From IMG/VR virus record IMGVR_UViG_3300031862_000640: a DNA stretch of 20,000 bases. One strand, written 5' to 3'. The stretch comes from an uncultured virus (IMG/VR IMGVR_UViG_3300031862_000640) (taxonomy: Duplodnaviria; Heunggongvirae; Uroviricota; Caudoviricetes). Positions 7,107 through 14,288 of the stretch are shown piece by piece. The notes under the pieces are model-generated. The model did not search any database. It had not been told where the DNA came from and saw nothing but the letters and a program-made list of their open reading frames with translations. Each line of letters opens with the position of its first letter. The first letter of the stretch is position 1. The position numbers were made by a program, and so were the translations under genes.

Positions 7107-7197
7107 CAAGCTGAAAGTCATCAGAGGCATTCTTGAGAATACGCCTGCCGAGGATTTTCACACGATTTGTCAAGTGCTATGGGAGAACGGTGCATAA
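7057..7197 (+). CDS. small hypothetical protein, 46 aa
   Basis: ATG after GAGGGAG; stop lies just before the next ATG at 7199. Confidence 0.5.
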   Translation: MNNQAVCLPTKATLTSDKLKVIRGILENTPAEDFHTICQVLWENGA

Positions 7198-7198
7198 A

Positions 7199-7441
7199 AT
7201 GGAAGCCAAAGTTGTTTTGAATAAGACTAGCAAAAAAGTGCCGAAATGTCCGAAGTGTAATGAACCAATGGACACAATTCACTATGAGGAATGTGGTCCC
7301 ATAATCTTTGATGAAGAAAAAGGTTGCTATGTTGATGGTGGACAATCGCAGCAGATCATAAAGTGTGGAAGCTGTGGTCAACCGATAGGTGGCTGCCGTG
7401 GCGATGGCGAACATTGGGGTTTCCAACCAGAGAGGGAATAG
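7199..7441 (+). CDS. Zn-ribbon protein
   Basis: CPKC...CGSC; tightly packed in the operon. Confidence 0.7.
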   Translation: MEAKVVLNKTSKKVPKCPKCNEPMDTIHYEECGPIIFDEEKGCYVDGGQSQQIIKCGSCGQPIGGCRGDGEHWGFQPERE

Positions 7442-7442
7442 T

Positions 7443-7658
7443 ATGCAAGACAGTAAAAAGAGGTCAATTCTTAAAACATTCACTTCCAAACTTGTTGAAG
7501 TAGTAATTTCAGCGACGGCGCTTCAAATAATCTTTGGACAACCTTTTATAAGCTTAGGCTTGCCAATTTTGCTTGAAGGCTTGCAGATGATAGGCTACTA
7601 TTTCCATGAAAGAGCCTGGAACAAAGTTCGCTGGGGGCAATGGCTGCGAACAATGTAA
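7443..7658 (+). CDS. DUF2061-like small membrane protein
   Basis: DSKKRSILKT...two hydrophobic segments...YYFHERAWNKVRWG matches the DUF2061 signature. Confidence 0.8.
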   Translation: MQDSKKRSILKTFTSKLVEVVISATALQIIFGQPFISLGLPILLEGLQMIGYYFHERAWNKVRWGQWLRTM

Positions 7659-7673
7659 ATGGAGGCGTTAGAT

Positions 7674-7808
7674 ATGGGAACCAAAGTTGTTTTGACTCGA
7701 TGCAAAGATGGGCGATGGCAAATCAAAGGCTATGGATTAGTCTGGGAGAAAGACCTCATTAAATCATTGAAAGAGGTCGTTCCTGAAGAAGACTGCTCAG
7801 GGTGGTGA
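7674..7808 (+). CDS. small hypothetical protein, 44 aa
   Basis: MGTKVVLTRCKDGRWQIKGYGLVWEKDLIKSLKEVVPEEDCSGW; GGAGG RBS. Confidence 0.55.
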   Translation: MGTKVVLTRCKDGRWQIKGYGLVWEKDLIKSLKEVVPEEDCSGW

Positions 7809-7812
7809 AAGA

Positions 7813-8202
7813 ATGAGCGAACAAGCGTTAGACGAGTACGAAGTTGTTGATGTCTACGCCATAGTCATCCCTCCAAGCTGGATTAAAACCGCACCACAAG
7901 ACCTTGTGCATGACGCTGAAAGACTGGTGTTTGAGTCTGAAGAACTAGCCAGAGAGTTTGCAGCGAAAGCCACAGAGAAAAACAGTTTCTGGGGCTTTGA
8001 CGTAGTGAAGAAATCGTTGCTGAAACGAAAGCAAGTTACCATCCTCAAAATGGCGCAGTTTCGAACAAGATTTATGGCATCCATTACAAACCCGAACGAA
8101 CGTAGTGCTATCACGGAAGAAGACATCGCAGGGCTCTACGCAGACTACTTTAAGTCAGGCAACAACTTCGACCAATGGTTAAAGGAGAATAGGAAACGAT
8201 GA
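7813..8202 (+). CDS. hypothetical protein
   Basis: 129 aa; GGTGGTGA RBS; ATGA overlap. Confidence 0.7.
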   Translation: MSEQALDEYEVVDVYAIVIPPSWIKTAPQDLVHDAERLVFESEELAREFAAKATEKNSFWGFDVVKKSLLKRKQVTILKMAQFRTRFMASITNPNERSAITEEDIAGLYADYFKSGNNFDQWLKENRKR

Positions 8203-8453
8203 AGAGCAAATCACTGTACCTCGTAAAATGGACGCCCCTAAAAGACATAACACCAGAAGAAGTTGACTTCCTGAAGGAACATTTCGACGAAAGCGACTCC
8301 GACCATTCACTATACATTGAAGAAGACAATTTCAACGAGGTTCTGAAAAACCTGACCAAAGTAGACAAAAAGAAATTCGCAAACCTGTTAGGCATCATCA
8401 AGGACAAACTATCCGAGAACGAAGGTGACATAAGCGTAGCCATAGGCGATTAA
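8199..8453 (+). CDS. acidic hypothetical protein
   Basis: 84 aa, translationally coupled. Confidence 0.7.
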   Translation: MKSKSLYLVKWTPLKDITPEEVDFLKEHFDESDSDHSLYIEEDNFNEVLKNLTKVDKKKFANLLGIIKDKLSENEGDISVAIGD

Positions 8454-8454
8454 A

Positions 8455-8556
8455 ATGGCTCGGCTTGAAAGAGTTTATAAATTCGCTAAAGACCACAAAC
8501 TTTCAAAGCGTGCGACAGACGAATTGGTAACTCTTGTTTTAGAAATAATTGATTAG
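8455..8556 (+). CDS. small hypothetical protein, 33 aa
   Basis: MARLERVYKFAKDHKLSKRATDELVTLVLEIID; fills the gap between two genes. Confidence 0.45.
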   Translation: MARLERVYKFAKDHKLSKRATDELVTLVLEIID

Positions 8557-8580
8557 AAGAAAAGAAAAAGGAGGAATAGT

Positions 8581-9828
8581 ATGAAAAAGTTTGAGTTTGA
8601 CCCTAATGAGGGTACGTATTACGAAAAGGTGTTCTCACCTCAAAAGGTAGAAGTGTTCAGGGATATAGTTGGAACGCAAACAGGGAAAACTGCTGTTGGA
8701 CAGCAACCGCCCAAGAAACCTCGGTTTGAAACGCGGCTTGTGCTTTCAGACAAGAATGGGCATAAGCTGGAAGTGAAAGGCAGACGACTTGTGCATCGCG
8801 TCATGCAGTATCTTCTACCATGGACTTCATTCGGTAGCGTCGGCAAACTCGCAGACCTTGAGGAAACACCAGACAAATTGCAGGACACGTTGACTAGGGC
8901 AGCAAAGAAATCACATCGCCAGTTGAAAACATACTTCGACGACGAAGGTCAGTTACACGGAATAGCAAGCGAGATACACCAGCAAATAAGCTGGGCAAAA
9001 ATCCGTGAGGTCGTGCAGGGTGCAGTCAAGAAAGCCTATCACGTTGTTGCTGAACCCGACCAAACAATGCCAACTGAGCCAAACAAATGGACATATAAGA
9101 TGCCAGTCAAGGACAAGAACAACAACGTGAGCGCATACGTGACGGTTGACGGCGGCAACAACATCATCAAAGGCAAAAGCGGAATCCGCGTCTACACAAG
9201 GCTCAGAACAGACAGAGGCGGTCCTGGCGGAGCGCCGGCGTGTCTGAACTGGTGTGGAATGTGGCTGGTGCCATTGCAATTCTTCGGCATAAAAACAGAA
9301 AGGCTCGGCATGAAAGACACTGAGGAAACACAGTTGAACATGCTGGAGATCCATTTGAAGTCGACGGCTGAAGGCATGAACGAAATCGAAGCAATCTTGG
9401 CAGCCAAAATGAAGAGCATGGCAAAAGTCGTTGAGAAACACATGATACCGCTCATAGAGGAAAGCCGTAAAGTATCCTTGGCAAAGAAAGAGATGAAAGC
9501 CATCCTCGAAGCATACGCAGAAAAAACACATCTGCCCAAATATATCATCGAACAAATCCTCGACAGCGTAGAAGAAAACACGGTCTGGGGATTCAGCAAC
9601 GCAGTATCCTATGTTCGTACACATGGGCAATTCGACGAGCGCAGAAGCCAGTTGCCACGAGAACAAAGACCACTCACACAGATCCTCGAGAACATCGCAG
9701 GAGAGGTACTTTCAATTACAAGAACTATCGCCAAACTGAAAGCAGTTCTGCCGAACAAGACTATAACACAGAGAGTCTTGACCAACCCACAGGAATTTCC
9801 ACAACTCAAAGCAATGGTCGTGAAATAA
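8581..9828 (+). CDS. DUF932/DUF945-like phage/plasmid protein
   Basis: GIASEIHQQI, SGIRVYTRL...ACLN and NTVWGFSNAVSYVRTHG resemble the family's CxN and TxWxxxNAxxxxxxH motifs; AGGAGG RBS. Confidence 0.65.
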   Translation: MKKFEFDPNEGTYYEKVFSPQKVEVFRDIVGTQTGKTAVGQQPPKKPRFETRLVLSDKNGHKLEVKGRRLVHRVMQYLLPWTSFGSVGKLADLEETPDKLQDTLTRAAKKSHRQLKTYFDDEGQLHGIASEIHQQISWAKIREVVQGAVKKAYHVVAEPDQTMPTEPNKWTYKMPVKDKNNNVSAYVTVDGGNNIIKGKSGIRVYTRLRTDRGGPGGAPACLNWCGMWLVPLQFFGIKTERLGMKDTEETQLNMLEIHLKSTAEGMNEIEAILAAKMKSMAKVVEKHMIPLIEESRKVSLAKKEMKAILEAYAEKTHLPKYIIEQILDSVEENTVWGFSNAVSYVRTHGQFDERRSQLPREQRPLTQILENIAGEVLSITRTIAKLKAVLPNKTITQRVLTNPQEFPQLKAMVVK

Positions 9829-10079
9829 TGGCTAAGAAACGGTTACTTACTGAAGCAGAAGCCAAACAAATAGCGACCCTGAAGACAGAGATAAACGACG
9901 ACTTAGTTTGCATGAGCAGAATATCACGGAACATGGAAAAACTCAGTCAAATATTCAGAGATGCTGGTTTCCTCAACACCGCAAACAAACTAGAAGGCAT
10001 CGCTAACGGCGTTACGCTTTCAGCAGCCGAAGTAATGGACGCATTCAAATATCAAGTGTCTTAACTGGTCGTGAAATAA
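9815..10079 (+). repeat. 14-bp direct repeat TGGTCGTGAAATAA bracketing one gene
   Basis: Exact copies at 9815-9828 and 10066-10079, each followed by a start codon. Confidence 0.8.
9828..10064 (+). CDS. helical hypothetical protein
   Basis: 78 aa; TAATG coupling; flanked by a 14-bp direct repeat. Confidence 0.7.
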   Translation: MAKKRLLTEAEAKQIATLKTEINDDLVCMSRISRNMEKLSQIFRDAGFLNTANKLEGIANGVTLSAAEVMDAFKYQVS

Positions 10080-10394
10080 ATGCGTGGAATGCGAGAAATA
10101 AAGGTAAGAAACGCCTCCATCTATGCTACCGTTAATGGACATAAAGTCGATGTGGAAATACGGTCAACCAAAGACAGTGCTCAAGGAATAGCCTTACTTG
10201 TAGACGGTGTTATGTGGCTGGAAGTAGACATGAAGCCCGATGGCACAATATCCGATACTCCTCCCCCATACCTGACGGATAAGAAACCGCTTTTCCAGGT
10301 AAAACTGTTGACAGTCGGAGAACGTTTCGAACAATGGCGCGAAGCCTACAAACAAGCCTATGGACACTACCCAAAGGCGAAGATGGAGGAATAA
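10080..10394 (+). CDS. hypothetical protein
   Basis: 104-aa ORF within the operon. Confidence 0.7.
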   Translation: MRGMREIKVRNASIYATVNGHKVDVEIRSTKDSAQGIALLVDGVMWLEVDMKPDGTISDTPPPYLTDKKPLFQVKLLTVGERFEQWREAYKQAYGHYPKAKMEE

Positions 10395-10396
10395 GT

Positions 10397-10741
10397 TTGC
10401 CGAAATCCGTAGAAAAAATGAGTATTGCAGAACTCAAGCGAGAGATCGACTGTATTGAACGACAGGAGAGGAGAGGCGAAGTAGGAACCCCGAATGTTCA
10501 TGTTCGGTTGACACAAGTGCAAGATGAGTTGGGAAAAAGGCTTCAAGGAAACGAAAACAAATGCGAAACATGTGGTCAGGAAGTTTGGAAAGAAGGCAGT
10601 TGGAAACGTGAGTTTGACGACAAGTACGCAGAACTCATGAACACTGGCGACATCGACTGGATAGACAAAGCCAACAACGTTCTGACTACGGCTCTTGACC
10701 AGATTAGTCTTGTGGTAAGAAAATACGAGAAGGGCAGATAA
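10397..10741 (+). CDS. hypothetical protein with CxxC
   Basis: TTG 10397 after GGAGGA; CETC; TAATG coupling. Confidence 0.65.
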   Translation: MPKSVEKMSIAELKREIDCIERQERRGEVGTPNVHVRLTQVQDELGKRLQGNENKCETCGQEVWKEGSWKREFDDKYAELMNTGDIDWIDKANNVLTTALDQISLVVRKYEKGR

Positions 10742-11082
10742 TGCCTGAAAATCTCTGGATTGAAGTCGGCGTCCTCTGCAAAACCATGAAGGAGAAACGC
10801 AACATAATAGAAACTCTGAAACAGCACTTCAACATTAACGTGAAATCGGTTGGCAGAAACTCGAAGCGACGATGGCTTGAAGCAACAGTCTTCATGGAAG
10901 ACATGACGGAAGAGGAAGCTGTTAACAAAGTCAGCAAGCTCTTGGAAGGAACGGAAGCAGACGGTTGGTTGGACGTTTGGACACATGCCTTCAGTCATCA
11001 TGTTACATCAGCCAAATCCGTGGAAGCACAACAAAAGGCAGCAAAATTCATCAGTAACAGATTGGCTCGCGGTGAGAAGTAA
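10741..11082 (+). CDS. hypothetical protein
   Basis: 113 aa; TAATG coupling at both ends. Confidence 0.7.
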   Translation: MPENLWIEVGVLCKTMKEKRNIIETLKQHFNINVKSVGRNSKRRWLEATVFMEDMTEEEAVNKVSKLLEGTEADGWLDVWTHAFSHHVTSAKSVEAQQKAAKFISNRLARGEK

Positions 11083-11543
11083 TGAGCAGAATCGATGAAA
11101 CAAACAAGGGCAAAAGAGTCAACCTAATACACACAAACGATCCCTACACGCGACTAAAGCCAGGAATTAAAGGAACATACCAAAACGTAATGCTTCAAAC
11201 AGATGGCCACCAGCACAGTATTCAATGGGACGACGGCTCAACACTGATGATGATTGAAGGTGTAGACAGCTTCGAGTTTCTGGAAGTAGTTAGCACACTG
11301 TCTGACAAATGTCGCTTTGGCAAGAAGGGTTTTCCTCATTGTCATTGCAATGATTGTCTTGGCGCAATAATTCAATATGCAGAATTCAAGAAAGACAAAG
11401 TCTACCATTACAAAGGAGAAGAAGTTACTATCAACAGTTTTTGTCCGCTTCCAAGTTGCTGCGAAATCTTCATTCAAGGTGAACGAGAGCCAGCTTTCTG
11501 CAAGTGGCTCACATTGGAAGAAGCCAGAGGTGCTTTAACATGA
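11082..11543 (+). CDS. DUF4314-domain protein with Cys-rich C-terminal part
   Basis: GKRVNLIHTNDPYTRLKPGIKGT...IQWDDGSTLMMIEGVDSF matches the DUF4314 pattern; followed by CHCNDC and CPLPSCC. Confidence 0.75.
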   Translation: MSRIDETNKGKRVNLIHTNDPYTRLKPGIKGTYQNVMLQTDGHQHSIQWDDGSTLMMIEGVDSFEFLEVVSTLSDKCRFGKKGFPHCHCNDCLGAIIQYAEFKKDKVYHYKGEEVTINSFCPLPSCCEIFIQGEREPAFCKWLTLEEARGALT

Positions 11544-11556
11544 AGAAAACAGGAAG

Positions 11557-12009
11557 TTGTGCGGAATGTTAGTTCGAATACAGGTCTTGAGAGGCAGAAA
11601 GGTCTTAGAAGATTACACGGCACCAGACGGCAGTTGGATACAATGCGACACTGTTGGCGCACAAAACCTTCCCGCCATCACTAAGGCCAGCGAATACACA
11701 CAACTATTGCAGAGCACAGAATACACGATAAGGTTCACTCCCATCGGCGCACCCAGCATCCCTGAAAAACTGGCGAAACTCATCAACGGCTTCGACAAGA
11801 AGTGGGGTCGAAACGGCTACGAGTGGATGGGAGCGAATAGAGAACACAACGGCGGAACAATGCTTGACCGGGCAAGAGAACTTCATGCAAAGTGGGGCTG
11901 GATTAAGAAGGACAACGATTTTCCATTGAAAGACGATGCTGAAACAGTCGCGTTCCTCGACCAGAACTACGTGAAAGTGTGGAAGGAAAGGCAAGGAACC
12001 TTGGCATGA
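11557..12009 (+). CDS. hypothetical protein
   Basis: 150 aa (alternative ATG 11566); ATGA overlap. Confidence 0.7.
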   Translation: MCGMLVRIQVLRGRKVLEDYTAPDGSWIQCDTVGAQNLPAITKASEYTQLLQSTEYTIRFTPIGAPSIPEKLAKLINGFDKKWGRNGYEWMGANREHNGGTMLDRARELHAKWGWIKKDNDFPLKDDAETVAFLDQNYVKVWKERQGTLA

Positions 12010-12245
12010 GAAAACTAACTCGGCGACAGAAGAAACTGTTGAAGGAATGGTTCGAGAAGAACAAAGAGATGGTTACTTTCTCGTTCACAGTACAAAACGA
12101 CTTGCCCTACGAACTTTACCAGCAACTTGAACAAATTAACGACTTTGAAACCTTAAACCAAGAAATCGAAAGGTTCGTCCGCGATTTGGTGTCGGAAGAC
12201 ATCGACAAAGTTGACAAACAATTAACTCAAGGGATAACGAGGTGA
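12006..12245 (+). CDS. hypothetical protein
   Basis: MRKLTRRQKKLLKEWF...; overlaps at both ends. Confidence 0.7.
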   Translation: MRKLTRRQKKLLKEWFEKNKEMVTFSFTVQNDLPYELYQQLEQINDFETLNQEIERFVRDLVSEDIDKVDKQLTQGITR

Positions 12246-12733
12246 AAAACGAAATGGGATTAGTCTATTTAACATTAGTTGTTGAGTGCCCAAAAACAGA
12301 AGAAGAAGCGGTCAAAAACTTCACGGAATATCCTGCACTCTATAGAGGAAACGACAAATATCCTATCCGAATAATCCAGCGCGCATCTTTAATCGGTAAT
12401 TTCAACCCTTTCCAAATGCCAGCGTTTTTCTGTCCAGTCTGCGGTAGCAACAAATTCACTGATTTAGCGCCCTACGGTGGCGTATGGTGCGACAACTGCA
12501 ACGCCAATTTTGAAGTCGCAGCCACATGTGATGGCAACAGAAAACTCTCTGTGCATTGCTTTACGAAGAATGTTTGGTCAAACAAGACCAAGCCGCTGGG
12601 CATGAAATACGAAGCACACTATTGGACTGTGATTTGGCAACACGATGGGCGTGTTGTATGGTTGACAAGAACATCAGATAAAACGATTCGCAGTGTCAGT
12701 TTGGAAAACGACAAAATAGTGATTGAAAGTTAG
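12242..12733 (+). CDS. Zn-ribbon-containing protein
   Basis: CPVCGS...CDNC; GTGA overlap. Confidence 0.7.
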   Translation: MKNEMGLVYLTLVVECPKTEEEAVKNFTEYPALYRGNDKYPIRIIQRASLIGNFNPFQMPAFFCPVCGSNKFTDLAPYGGVWCDNCNANFEVAATCDGNRKLSVHCFTKNVWSNKTKPLGMKYEAHYWTVIWQHDGRVVWLTRTSDKTIRSVSLENDKIVIES

Positions 12734-12742
12734 GAGGCGAAA

Positions 12743-13144
12743 TTGATGAGCTACGTGTACTTGAAAATTCCAGATGTGGAATCGTTTAGAGACTTCCTCA
12801 TCAGCCACCTCGTCCACGAATACGCAATTGTGCAGCGCAGAACGGGCGTCAAAGGATTTGTGCAGTGTTTCATGCGACTCACGGCGAAACTTGAAGGTCG
12901 TAGAGAAGTAGCTGTGTGCGATATCCCCTTTTGGAAAGGTATGGAGTATGACTTGAACAACGAAGAAAAATTGACGCTACTGAACCAGAAGAAAGACGAA
13001 ATTGTAAAAGAAATCGAAAAGACCATGTCAAGCGGAACAGTAGACGAACAAGTGATGACGCTTCCTGAAGGCGAACCACCCACCAAAGTGCCATATCAGA
13101 TGCACTCGATAGATGGCGAATACTCAACAACTCTGGAGAGCTGA
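12743..13144 (+). CDS. hypothetical protein
   Basis: 133 aa; AGGAGG RBS. Confidence 0.7.
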   Translation: MMSYVYLKIPDVESFRDFLISHLVHEYAIVQRRTGVKGFVQCFMRLTAKLEGRREVAVCDIPFWKGMEYDLNNEEKLTLLNQKKDEIVKEIEKTMSSGTVDEQVMTLPEGEPPTKVPYQMHSIDGEYSTTLES

Positions 13145-13149
13145 TAACA

Positions 13150-13542
13150 ATGGAACCGAACAACAACGACCTGAAGAAGCTAATCGGCAAGAAGGTCCAA
13201 ATCAACTACATAAGCCCAGCATCAGAAGAAGCAACCGCAGCAGGCCGCCTAGTAGACGTCACCAACGAATTCATTGTGATAGACGGCGCAGTGATGAAGA
13301 CGCAACTGACACGCAAACACATGAAAATCGTGTCCGTTGACTACATTGAAGAGGCAGAAGCCCAAGCAGTGATGAAATTAATCATCAGCAAAACCAAAAC
13401 AAAAATGACGGTTAACGACTGGAAAATCATAGGTGAAATGATAGAGCAAGGACAGACAAGCGGCAAGAACAAACCGAAAGGCGTAACATGGGAGTTCATG
13501 GATGTAATCGCAACTATTGGGGCAAAGGTGGACTATAAATGA
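13150..13542 (+). CDS. protein with N-terminal Sm/LSm-like fold
   Basis: LKKLIGKKVQI...GRLVDVTNEFIVID...IVSV follows the Sm1/Sm2 hydrophobic pattern. Confidence 0.55.
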   Translation: MEPNNNDLKKLIGKKVQINYISPASEEATAAGRLVDVTNEFIVIDGAVMKTQLTRKHMKIVSVDYIEEAEAQAVMKLIISKTKTKMTVNDWKIIGEMIEQGQTSGKNKPKGVTWEFMDVIATIGAKVDYK

Positions 13543-13715
13543 AAGCAAAACAGCTAATCGAACAGAAAAGCAATTTTCCATGCGAGGAAGGAGGAAACCA
13601 CGAGTTTGACCAATTCGATTTTGACTCTGGCGACGGCGCAGAATACGGACACTGTGCAAAATGCGGCTGCTGGATAGACACAGATACAGGAAGAAACGAA
13701 ACAAGAGGTGAATGA
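13539..13715 (+). CDS. small Zn-binding protein, 58 aa
   Basis: CEEGGNH...CAKCG; ATGA overlap with upstream gene. Confidence 0.6.
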   Translation: MKAKQLIEQKSNFPCEEGGNHEFDQFDFDSGDGAEYGHCAKCGCWIDTDTGRNETRGE

Positions 13716-14004
13716 ATTGAAGAAAACCTTCATTGTCACACTGGAAGGAACACCACAAGCAATAGAACACGCAAGAGCAGAAGTACAGAGAACCTTAGCA
13801 CACAGACAACAATCAAAAGCGTTACCTCTCGATAGAAGTTTGGTCTGCGACACCGTCTATGCCGTAACAGAAGTTTTTCAAGGTGTCGTGTGTGATGTGC
13901 ATTTGTTCACACAACATCCTCCAGCAACAGACAAGAAACTTGCCTTGCACCAGGGCGACACAGACGCAGAAATCTTCGAGAAAACAATAGACGAGGAATC
14001 CTGA
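13708..14004 (+). CDS. hypothetical protein
   Basis: 98 aa (TTG 13717 is a plausible start after GAGGTGA); TGATG coupling. Confidence 0.65.
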   Translation: MNELKKTFIVTLEGTPQAIEHARAEVQRTLAHRQQSKALPLDRSLVCDTVYAVTEVFQGVVCDVHLFTQHPPATDKKLALHQGDTDAEIFEKTIDEES

Positions 14005-14282
14005 TGAAAGAGTATCTGGTGAAAAGCAAAGACCACTCGCGGTTCTTCAAGGCTTCAAGCGCTGAGGTGGCTGCCAAGCGATTTCTTAACTATCTTAGAA
14101 GATATACAAAGGATAGACCGACAGAAATCACAATTGCAGAGAACACGACAAAGAGCATAGACCTTCTTGAAAGTTATGGTGCAGAGATTGTCTGGGTGGT
14201 CGAATGGTACGTCGGACCGAAACAAGATGGCGTGTTCCTCGGCGTGCAAGGTGAATGGTATCGACTCAAAGGACGACGGTGA
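14004..14282 (+). CDS. hypothetical protein
   Basis: 92 aa, coupled start. Confidence 0.65.
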   Translation: MKEYLVKSKDHSRFFKASSAEVAAKRFLNYLRRYTKDRPTEITIAENTTKSIDLLESYGAEIVWVVEWYVGPKQDGVFLGVQGEWYRLKGRR

Positions 14283-14288
14283 TAGTAA

